A DNA stretch of 23,016 bases from Bugula neritina (GCA_964035545.1 CAXIUT010000294.1:1-23016), one strand, 5' to 3'. Positions 7,735 through 15,250 are shown, numbered from the stretch's first letter. The notes: generated by a model from the letters alone, not told the origin. Program-made: numbers and translations.

Positions 7735-7956
7735 TTATAAGAAAATCCGCAGTTCCTTCGTTTCTCCAGATGAATTCCGAAGCATCAAAGAGCCGCCTTT
7801 CTCATACTCTTCAATTAACATGTCATACAGGCGGTAAGCGTTTTTCGTGACTTCTGCGTATGAAGCTGCTTCAGTTTTTTCCTTCAGCGTTTTCAGTCGC
7901 TCTATGGATGGTGGAGGTAACTCCATCTGTACCCGGACTGTATCTTTTTTGGCCAT
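7735..7956 (-). CDS. Ribbon-helix-helix (CopG-like) protein
   Basis: AAGGAG RBS; VRVQMEL strand followed by helices SIERLKTLKEK and SYAEVTKNAYRLY. Confidence 0.75.
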   Translation of the reverse strand: MAKKDTVRVQMELPPPSIERLKTLKEKTEAASYAEVTKNAYRLYDMLIEEYEKGGSLMLRNSSGETKELRIFL

Positions 7957-8188
7957 CTTTACTCCTTAGAATGAGTTCTGTTGAACGTTCATTCTTAACC
8001 TGGATTTCGAGATTGCCTAATCCATAATGGTAAAAGGCAGCTATTGCAAATCCCGTTAACACACAGGAAGCGATTGCAGTGATGGCAATAATTTTCCAAT
8101 GCTTCCAAATCCCAGTTCTTTTTGAATCAGTAATTTCAAATTGAATAACATTAATGTCATTCGGTTTACGCCTAATCTCAAATTTCAT
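7871..8188 (-). CDS. Single-TM hypothetical protein
   Basis: GAGG RBS; TM segment IIAITAIASCVLTGFAIAAFY; overlaps the downstream RHH gene by 86 nt. Confidence 0.55.
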   Translation of the reverse strand: MKFEIRRKPNDINVIQFEITDSKRTGIWKHWKIIAITAIASCVLTGFAIAAFYHYGLGNLEIQVKNERSTELILRSKDGQKRYSPGTDGVTSTIHRATENAEGKN

Positions 8189-8423
8189 GATAACCTCACA
8201 TAAAACCTGAGGATTCCACGCAACTCAAAACCAAATTAGGTAGAAGGTGTATCCTTCTTTTGGTGGTTTTTAAAGTTGTCAGAATGCCTCAGTCTTTTTA
8301 GGACTAAGGACAACTGCCAACTTTGAAAACCAATCAGAGAGTAGAAACCTAAAGCTTCCTTGTTCTTCATCGTTCGTTGTGCCTTATATAAATTTTTTGT
8401 AAAAATGTCATTTAAATCTTGAT

Positions 8424-8462
8424 AAGGCTACTAACTTGGAATTTTTTTAAGTTAGTAGCCTT
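8424..8462. repeat. 14-bp perfect inverted repeat
   Basis: AAGGCTACTAACTT-N11-AAGTTAGTAGCCTT. Confidence 0.8.
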
Positions 8463-8697
8463 ACTGCTTTGTGAGAATACGCATACTCATCCCATGAAAG
8501 AGGGAATAAGGGTGGCTGATGTTAAGAGTCTATTCTCTGATCATAGACATCTAAGTCTCAATACCCCGTTAGCTCCTGCTAACTTCCCTAAAATTTTCCA
8601 AAATGAAACCATATCAATTATACATCAAAAATTGATGTTTTCAAAGTATTGAAAATGAAGTTTTCGCTCTATAAGTCGTTAAGGAATGAATGTCCGA

Positions 8698-8725
8698 AAG
8701 TAGCATAATCCGGATTACGCGCATA
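8698..8725 (-). other. dif-like XerC/XerD site A (11-6-11)
   Basis: - strand reads TATGCGCGTAA-TCCGGA-TTATGCTACTT; each arm matches 8/11 to E. coli dif (GGTGCGCATAA-TGTATA-TTATGTTAAAT). Confidence 0.6.
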
Positions 8726-8983
8726 AGGCTGCAAGCCCCGACGCAGCTTGTTATAGCAGGTTAGGAAGGCTTCTGTTCTGCAAGCTCCACACAAGCCAGC
8801 GTTCATCAACATTCCGTCCCGGCTATCTTCTGGCGCTGCCAAAAGAAAACCGGAACGGAATGAAAAGCGGTGACGCTTGCACGGTTTGGGCTTTAAACCG
8901 GTTCCGCTGCGCTCCACCGGCTAAAAGCCCAAACCGCACCGCGTAACCATAGTGTTTATTAAATATGCCGTTGTAGCATCCTG

Positions 8984-9018
8984 CTGCTGTTCCTGCTGTT
9001 CCTGCTGTTCCTGCTGTT
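8984..9018 (+). repeat. 9-bp tandem repeat (CTGCTGTTC), about 3.9 copies
   Basis: Read directly from the sequence. Confidence 0.9.
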
Positions 9019-9202
9019 TTGGTGCTGGCTCTAATGCTTTTGTTTTTGGGGTTGGCAGGGTATTGCTGTTTGTTAATGGGATACGTCCTGCTTCAGGCGC
9101 TGTGCTTGCTGTACGGTTTTGTTGAGTGTACTTGGCCATTAGGTTGCAGAGCATGGCAGTTGCCGTGCCTGGGAGGCTTTGCCGTAGTGGTGTAGTTAAC
9201 CC

Positions 9203-9296
9203 GCCCTGGCATCCGGCTTGCATTCTTGTCAGGCGTAAACGGATATTTTTATATCCAAAGTGTTTGCCCCTGACAAAGCAAGCCGGATGCCAGGGC
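9203..9296. repeat. 94-nt rod-like hairpin
   Basis: 19-bp perfect stem GCCCTGGCATCCGGCTTGC/GCAAGCCGGATGCCAGGGC, inner TTGTCAGG/CCTGACAA, apex GGATAT-TTTT-ATATCC. Confidence 0.9.
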
Positions 9297-9353
9297 TATG
9301 CTGTGCTGATCTAGTGCGCCGGTGTGCTTGGTACCGCTCTGGAACGCTAAGGA

Positions 9354-9448
9354 ATGGGGAAAAGTTACATAACGCCGTATTATGCGCACGGCCCCGGCGT
9401 TCTGACCCCGTACCATGCGCATAAAGGAATTATGTAAAATTTCCCCAT
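9354..9448. other. Two inverted dif-like sites (B 9362-9390, C 9414-9440) forming a fold-back
   Basis: B (- strand): CGTGCGCATAA-TACGGCG-TTATGTAACTT. C (+ strand): CATGCGCATAA-AGGAA-TTATGTAAAAT. Closed by ATGGGGAAA/TTTCCCCAT. Confidence 0.7.
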
Positions 9449-10502
9449 GCGTGATGCGCACATTGTCCCGGTTCTTGCCTGCTTAATAAGGTTCCGCAAG
9501 CTCCACCCTATACGCGAGCAAGAACAGCGCCAACGGTGCGCCCTAGCCGGATAGTCCGGTATTGCTCCGATCCGCGCCCGCTCTCGCTCTGCCGCCTGCG
9601 CTCGTTCCCTCCGCGTCGGACTAAAGCCGCTGGCTTGTTTCGCCTTGCTTGTCCCGCTAAAAAGCAAGCGGAACAGGCGAAACGCGGCCTAAGTCCGCCG
9701 CTGCGGTAACGGCTCCGGTGGCGTCGCTCGTTTGGTCGCGGCTCTGCGCAATGTCGGCGGGTGATGGTGGTGGCTGTCGGATAGATTGTGTGCGCCTCCC
9801 TTTGTGGTCGCTTCGCGGTCGCTGCGCTTAGCTCTCCCGGCGGTGGCGCTGTGCGCCCTTCGCGGGAAGCGTTGTGGTCGTGGCGGCGGCCTTTAAGTGC
9901 CTGGGTAGGGTGTCGGGCCGGTCGCTCTCTCCGCGTGAAAACAAACCGTAAGCGTTCCGCCCTCGTTACCCCGCGATGAAGCTGCGGCGCGGTTGGAACA
10001 CGGCTTGTTTTCGCGCTGCGGTCGCGGCCTGCCCAGAGCGGCGGGGTGTGGCGGTGGTTGTCGGTGTTTACTCCCTGCGCCGCTTTGGTCTTGTCCTGCG
10101 GGGTTGTCTCCCGGCCCGCGTTGCTGAGCGGGAACCGGTGCGGTACGCGGGGCGTGATTTGGTTGGCGCTGCGCTCGCAAAGATAAAAGCAAAAGCTTGG
10201 TTTACATGAGCGTGTCGGGGCTGTGAGCCGACACGCTCCCGCGCTAATGATTTAGAAACTGAGTGCAGCCGTACAAGTGCCGCCCGCCACTTTTTTGGCG
10301 CAGGAGCTGCGCTAAAAAACCGACGGATCGGCGCTTGACGGGGAAAGAGAGGGAGTGTTTTTTTGCTATAAAAATCAGTGCCTTACATCAGGTTTTTGTG
10401 GATTAAGTTATTGATTTTTAATATAATTTAATATGCTGGATGTCAGAGTGATATATTAATTTCTACTGGCATTTGAACAACGTCATAAGAGATTAATTAA
10501 AG

Positions 10503-11513
10503 ATGGAAAAACAATATACGTCGATTGAGTTGTGCGCTGGTGCGGGTGGTCAGGCTTTGGGGCTGCATCTGGCGGGTTTCCATCATCGGCTGTTGATTGA
10601 GATAGAGGAGCCGGCTTGTAAGACGCTTAACTATAACAATGTGGTGCATTCGTTAGGCTGGGACTCGATTCTTCAGGGGTGTGTCACTGAGTTCGCTAAC
10701 AATGAAGCGGATAGGTATGAAGGCGTTGATTTGGTGGCGGGTGGTGTGCCTTGTCCTCCATTTTCAAAAGCCGGAAAACAGTTAGGCAAAGACGACGAAA
10801 GAGATCTGTTCCCTTCTGCTCTAGAGATCGTTAGAAAAACACAGCCTAAAGCCGTTATGTTGGAGAATGTCTCGGGCCTTCTCGATGCTAAATTTGATGC
10901 TTACCGTGAGGGTATCGAATCGCAGCTTGAAGAAATGGGGTATCAGTCTTTTTGGAAGTTGTTGAATGCATCATCGTTTGGTGTGCCTCAGTTACGCCCA
11001 AGAGTGGTTTTAGTGGCTCTGCGTCCTGAGTATGCAAATTTCTTTGCGTGGCCAGATTATGAGATTACTCCGCCTACTGTTGGTGAAGCGTTGTATGACC
11101 TGATGGCTGAACGTGGTTGGAAGCATGCTGAAGAATGGAAAGCGAAGGCAAACAAGATAGCGCCGACGTTGGTGGGTGGTTCAAAAAAGCACGGCGGGCC
11201 TGATCTTGGGCCAACCAGAGCCAGGCGCGCATGGCAGGAACTACACGTTAATGGGAACCTTATTGGTAATGAGCCACCTGAGGCTGATTTTACTGGCTAT
11301 AAAAATAAAGAAGGCTACGAGTATATGCCGCTGTTGACTGTGAGAATGGCGGCTAGGATTCAGGGCTTTCCTGATTGGTGGACATTCCACGGCAAGAAAA
11401 CGCCGGCTTACCGACAAATAGGAAATGCTTTTCCGCCGCCGGTTGCCGAGGCGGTGGGTAAACAGATTATTCATGCGCTGGCGGCAGCAGATAGCTTGAA
11501 GCAGGCGGCTTAA
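10503..11513 (+). CDS. DNA (cytosine-5) methyltransferase, M.NgoMIV/M.NaeI-like (predicted target GCCGGC)
   Basis: Motif I ELCAGAGG, IV GVPCPPFS, VI ENV, VIII QLRPRV, IX ARIQGFPD, X RQIGNAFPP. TRD IAPTLVGGSKKHGGPDLGPTR as recalled for NgoMIV/NaeI methylases. Confidence 0.95.
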   Translation: MEKQYTSIELCAGAGGQALGLHLAGFHHRLLIEIEEPACKTLNYNNVVHSLGWDSILQGCVTEFANNEADRYEGVDLVAGGVPCPPFSKAGKQLGKDDERDLFPSALEIVRKTQPKAVMLENVSGLLDAKFDAYREGIESQLEEMGYQSFWKLLNASSFGVPQLRPRVVLVALRPEYANFFAWPDYEITPPTVGEALYDLMAERGWKHAEEWKAKANKIAPTLVGGSKKHGGPDLGPTRARRAWQELHVNGNLIGNEPPEADFTGYKNKEGYEYMPLLTVRMAARIQGFPDWWTFHGKKTPAYRQIGNAFPPPVAEAVGKQIIHALAAADSLKQAA

Positions 11514-12187
11514 CTGTCTTCCTGATCGTCGAGGTAGTAGTTAGCCGCGTCTTCCATCACCTTATCGCGGCTTTCCCCTGATTGGCTACTATAGGCATCA
11601 ACGCGGCGTAGTGTTTTTTCTCCAATAGATACCATGGTGGGTATTCCACACTTTTCAGGAAACGCCCAGGAACAAGTGTTGCAGTCTAATGCGCAACCTT
11701 CACAAGCACGACGTTTGCCCACGTTGCAGTTATTGCACATGGGTTGCCAGTTCGCTATTTCATTCCCGCCGCCACGTGACAAGGGTACTTTGTGGTCTGC
11801 TTGTAGGCCTCTGACGCCTGGTGCAACTTGTTTACCGCAGGTGCTGCACACGAACCCGGCGGCTTCAAACAGTTTGCTTTTCTGTGACTGGGTTAAGTAA
11901 TTCCGATCCTGCACAGCGTTGAGGTTGGGTGAGCTGATGCGCCAAGCGTGGCCGGCGAAATCTTCGATATACATGCTTTCCAGGTCGCAACCCATTTGAT
12001 CGCGCAGTTCTCTGGCGCGGCGGTCAAAGTATTTTTGATCGGTGAGGGCTAGTAGTTCAGCTGAGGAAACCCAGGGCTTTGGAAAGGCGTCTCTTTCCTT
12101 GCCCCATAGCCGCCTCAGTATTTTTTCTTTTACTGTGCTGAGCTTGCGTTTGTTGGGAAGTTTTTTGAGATAATTGTCTATGTTCAT
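11510..12187 (-). CDS. HNH endonuclease with N-terminal winged helix (putative cognate restriction enzyme)
   Basis: CSTCG...ADHKVP...GGGN...NWQPMCNNCNVGK, extra CxxC pairs, and RRARELR wHTH-like segment. ATG 12187 preferred over the TTG at 12292. Convergent 4-nt overlap with the MTase. Confidence 0.85.
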   Translation of the reverse strand: MNIDNYLKKLPNKRKLSTVKEKILRRLWGKERDAFPKPWVSSAELLALTDQKYFDRRARELRDQMGCDLESMYIEDFAGHAWRISSPNLNAVQDRNYLTQSQKSKLFEAAGFVCSTCGKQVAPGVRGLQADHKVPLSRGGGNEIANWQPMCNNCNVGKRRACEGCALDCNTCSWAFPEKCGIPTMVSIGEKTLRRVDAYSSQSGESRDKVMEDAANYYLDDQEDS

Positions 12188-12274
12188 AAGTTGCGTTTTC
12201 AATAGCGAGTGAGGGGAGTATGAGCTGAATATGGCAACAGGTATAGAGGCTTTGTTTCTTTTGCAAGCCACTAA

Positions 12275-12290
12275 GGATATAATAATATCC
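12275..12290. promoter_or_regulatory. Palindromic operator-like site GGATA-N6-TATCC (other copies at 7377, 9241, 12369, 12601)
   Basis: GGATATAATAATATCC lies between the divergent HNH and RHH genes and overlaps a TATAAT hexamer. Confidence 0.65.
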
Positions 12291-12309
12291 AAAACATGGG
12301 AGTTATATT

Positions 12310-12606
12310 ATGAGTGTCCAAAAGCGTTATCACATTCACTTTAGAGGGCGTCGGACTACAATCACAGTGGATAATATTGTATCCGAATTGCTAGCGGTTA
12401 AGCTGGGGGTGTTGCCGGATGCACCGGAGGCTCACGCATTGGTCAGGGATTGGCTGGAAAAAACGCTGCATGACAAGCTGGGTGAGAATGTACCGGGTGG
12501 GAACCGAATTAGTCAGTATGCACGAGTGTATGCGATTGAAGCACTGGCGGCTAAAAAACTGATAAGCCAGGTGTGGGAGTGGCGCTTGGCTAAGGAAGAT
12601 GGATAA
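12310..12606 (+). CDS. Small RHH-like DNA-binding protein (candidate regulator)
   Basis: GGGAG RBS; KRYHIHFRGRRTTITVDNIVSELL beta-rich N-terminus followed by helices; divergent from the HNH gene. Confidence 0.7.
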   Translation: MSVQKRYHIHFRGRRTTITVDNIVSELLAVKLGVLPDAPEAHALVRDWLEKTLHDKLGENVPGGNRISQYARVYAIEALAAKKLISQVWEWRLAKEDG

Positions 12607-12809
12607 CACTCTATCCTTTGTTGAGTGTCTGGAATTTGATTTAAACCATAAAATGATTTTTATGGACGGATAAAGGTGTAATTAAACCAAATTTGGGGGT
12701 TTCAAACGTTTAGCTTTAAGGATGGTTTGTTCTAGACATAAACAAAGAGATCGTGCTGAGAAGCACTAGATAAGGTGATGGAGGAAGTTAGATAGTGGCG
12801 TGGAGCCTA

Positions 12810-12879
12810 TTGACATGATGTATTTTTCATGCACAATAAAAAACCATGTGACGTGTTCCTGGTAAGAGACATCACATGG
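12810..12879 (+). promoter_or_regulatory. Putative sigma70 promoter followed by a hairpin
   Basis: TTGACA-N16-CACAAT (12810-12837); CCATGTGA...TCACATGG IR (12844-12879). Confidence 0.4.
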
Positions 12880-12920
12880 CTTATTTCGATTTAGAGAAGC
12901 TTTATGGGGATAGTTTCCTC

Positions 12921-12949
12921 AAAAGCGTTTGTTTTTTAACGCTTTTTTT
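12921..12949 (+). terminator. Intrinsic terminator-like hairpin
   Basis: AAAAGCGTT...AACGCTTTT running into a T7 tract. Confidence 0.45.
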
Positions 12950-13224
12950 GTGGGCTAGCTCATAAGTTTCCAAAAAATGGTTACTTCTCACTATGTACAT
13001 GCTATTCAAAACCAGAAAATCATCACAGCTAGAAAATTTTCTTCAAGCTGTCTTCTCATTGTGTGCCCCTTCTTTTTTTTCTCGAACTTTTCTAGCAAGT
13101 GTTTTCAGCGAGCTTGTGCTGAGCAGCTACGTATCATGTGAGAAATTTTTTAAGGCGAACGGCGAAAATATGAAGTTTAAGTACTTAGTTAGTTCAAATC
13201 TTTTTAACACGGTTGGTCAATGTC

Positions 13225-13938
13225 ATGAATAAAGTTGAATCTTACTTGAACAAAGATGTTTATCTTAAAGCATTGGCATATGCTCATAGAAAATTAAATA
13301 AATTTAAAGATAGTAATTTATCTATCAACTTTCTTAATGCTGAAGACTTAGTGCATACTGCCGTTGTAAAGACATTAAGCGGAGAGAGAGAGTGGAATAT
13401 AGAAAAAACACCTGATTTATTTGTTCATTTAGCTGGATGCATTAAAAGTAATATCAGTAACTCGTATAGATCCTATGAAGCAAATAAAGTAGATAGAAGA
13501 GATGACTTAGATGAGATAATGTTTTCTCATGTGAAAAATTACTCTCCTGATGAAAATATAGAAATAAAAAGTAAAATTGAATTTCTAATTGACTACATAG
13601 GAAGTAAAAGAGGCGATTTGGTTAGATTGGCTGAGCTTATGTATAAAGAAGGAATATCAAATCCTTCTGAAATAAAAGATGAACTAGGAATATCTATAAA
13701 AGAGGCCAATGTTCAAAAGGTTGCTATAAAAAGAATACTAAAAAGAAGTGATTTTTTAATTAGTTATATATCTAATAATAGAAAAGAGTTATCCGATACG
13801 GCTATTGCAATATATGAGAAAAAAATTGCAGAGGCTAAAGGTCTATCCGAGGAGCTAGGGGTTGAGATTAATCAAGCTGAAAAGCTTAGGAAAGAAGTTC
13901 TCTCTCTTGGCAATGAAATATCTCAAGGTAATTTCTGA
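13225..13938 (+). CDS. ECF-like sigma-70 family factor with C-terminal extension
   Basis: Region-2-like AEDLVHTAVVK...W...LFVHLAGCIKSNISNSYR. HTH-like EGISNPSEIKDELGISIKEA and a second AKGLSEELGVEINQA. Strongly AT-rich. ATG 13225 preferred over TTG 13213. Confidence 0.7.
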   Translation: MNKVESYLNKDVYLKALAYAHRKLNKFKDSNLSINFLNAEDLVHTAVVKTLSGEREWNIEKTPDLFVHLAGCIKSNISNSYRSYEANKVDRRDDLDEIMFSHVKNYSPDENIEIKSKIEFLIDYIGSKRGDLVRLAELMYKEGISNPSEIKDELGISIKEANVQKVAIKRILKRSDFLISYISNNRKELSDTAIAIYEKKIAEAKGLSEELGVEINQAEKLRKEVLSLGNEISQGNF

Positions 13939-14516
13939 TGATCAGTTCAATACATGAAAATATACTTAAACTAGATACACTGTATGATGGCGAGTATCCA
14001 TATGATTTTGAAGATATTATTGATGAAGACTTAGATGAATTAATTCGATCACCTATTGATGATGTGGTTTTTGAACTTACATCTAATGCGATTGATATTG
14101 ACAGCTTCTTAACAGCTATGGAAATTACAGCAAATCCAAATATAACTCTTTTACATGATGAGCGAAATTCAGTAAAAAAGCCTGTAGATGAACATGATAA
14201 AAATGGTGTGGATGAAAAGTTCTTGTTAGCATATGAGCTTATTTCATTGGCGACTGAGGAGCTGATAAAAAAAGAAAATATGTTAATAAGGGAAAGAGAG
14301 TTTGAAATAAAATTAGAAAAAGAAATGCAATTAGAAAAAGAAATGATAAGCTTGCTTGCCAACAGAGATACTTCTAGATTAAATTCTAACTCTATTAGTA
14401 GGAATGCAATTAGATATTTTACTCCTTTATTGGGAAATATATTTTTTGTGTTTTCAGCTTTAATTTCTATATGTTCATTTTTCTTGTTTATTTTAGTTTA
14501 TATTTATTTTAACTAA
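13938..14516 (+). CDS. Membrane-anchored hypothetical protein (copy 2)
   Basis: Same as 428..1006. Confidence 0.75.
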   Translation: MISSIHENILKLDTLYDGEYPYDFEDIIDEDLDELIRSPIDDVVFELTSNAIDIDSFLTAMEITANPNITLLHDERNSVKKPVDEHDKNGVDEKFLLAYELISLATEELIKKENMLIREREFEIKLEKEMQLEKEMISLLANRDTSRLNSNSISRNAIRYFTPLLGNIFFVFSALISICSFFLFILVYIYFN

Positions 14517-14596
14517 CGAATTTATTTAAAAGCCCCTCTCGACCGTCAAATCAAAAAGGGGCTTGTTATTAAGCATCTACCAGAGAGGTATCAGCT

Positions 14597-14836
14597 ATGT
14601 CTGATGGTATCAAAATTTTCGCGTGGGTTATACACACGTTCAGTCGGGTGAGCGCATGGCGCTATGCATCTTTTCTTGTTGTGTTGGTTTTGGTTGTGTT
14701 CTTGTGGCGTATGCCAGATTTGTTAGCAGCGACTTGCAAGCCACCTCCTGTAGCCCAAGCTAGCCTTAGAAATTGTGAGCTATGTTATGAGCCATTGTTA
14801 AACATGCAGAGTGTCAGGGCTGTGGCTTTTAGTTGA
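14597..14836 (+). CDS. Small single-TM protein (copy 2)
   Basis: Same as 1087..1326. Confidence 0.55.
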   Translation: MSDGIKIFAWVIHTFSRVSAWRYASFLVVLVLVVFLWRMPDLLAATCKPPPVAQASLRNCELCYEPLLNMQSVRAVAFS

Positions 14837-14897
14837 GTTACCAACCTTATACTGTCCTATTAGCTATTTTAGAACAAGACGAAGTAGAGTCTGACCT

Positions 14898-15059
14898 ATG
14901 AATAAAACAAAGAACTATAAGCAAGAGCTTTTTGATAATTTGATAATCAATACTGCAAAAGGAATTGGAATGATTTTAGCCGGTATTGGTGGACTATGTG
15001 CTGTTATCGTTTTGTATGGGCTCTTCTACGCCCTTTTTGGAGAATTTAATGGCAAATGA
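14898..15059 (+). CDS. 53-aa single-TM protein (copy 2)
   Basis: Same as 1388..1549. Confidence 0.5.
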   Translation: MNKTKNYKQELFDNLIINTAKGIGMILAGIGGLCAVIVLYGLFYALFGEFNGK

Positions 15060-15219
15060 TACTCCCGTTTTGGTCATGACTATCATATTCTTGCTTATGG
15101 TAGGTGGTCTTGTGCTACTTGGAACAGTTGAATATATATATGCAGGTAAACAAACTGTTGTTGAGAGTGCAAAGGATTCTACTAATCTTAATGCGGAAAT
15201 TAGCGTCATGAATGACTGA
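15049..15219 (+). CDS. 56-aa single-TM protein (copy 2)
   Basis: Same as 1539..1709. Confidence 0.5.
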   Translation: MANDTPVLVMTIIFLLMVGGLVLLGTVEYIYAGKQTVVESAKDSTNLNAEISVMND

Positions 15220-15250
15220 ATTCATGACGCCATGGCGTACCGGTACGCTA

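Larger units (their letters stand above)
1..9506. repeat. First copy of a direct repeat, matching 13511..23016 (unit length 13,510 bp)
   Basis: Sequence at 1 (atgagataatgttttctcat) recurs at 13511. All ORFs recur with the same translation at +13510. The window end (gcaagctccac) matches 9496-9506. Confidence 0.98.
8660..10340 (+). other. ~1.7-kb structured, essentially non-coding region (ssDNA signal region or large ncRNA)
   Basis: At least ten stem-loops; G-T pairs polarised to the + strand; GC-rich, A-poor distal half; only low-complexity ORFs. Confidence 0.7.
1..13510. mobile_element. One complete unit of a 13.5-kb iteron (theta) plasmid
   Basis: Rep_3 initiator with iterons and DnaA box, ParA/RHH partition pair, resolvase, R-M cargo, and head-to-tail repetition. 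Confidence 0.92.

Noticed and set aside
8669-10209. Short ORFs across the structured region (8669..8917, 8921..9223, 9380..9667, 9788..9979, 9893..10192, 9976..10209)
   Set aside because: Low-complexity products with no RBS or motifs, consistent with stop-codon scarcity in GC-rich, strand-skewed sequence.
8660-10340. Retron msr-msd, group II intron or tRNA/rRNA
   Set aside because: No reverse transcriptase in the unit, and no recognisable domain V, cloverleaf or rRNA signature by eye.
12188-12292. N-terminal 35-aa extension of the HNH ORF in the track
   Set aside because: The TTG start overlaps the palindromic operator and divergent promoter region; ATG 12187 is more plausible.
12993-13232. 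79-aa ORF upstream of the sigma gene; also 8419..8652
   Set aside because: No RBS or motifs; 8419..8652 has a TTG start and runs through an inverted repeat. Probably spurious.
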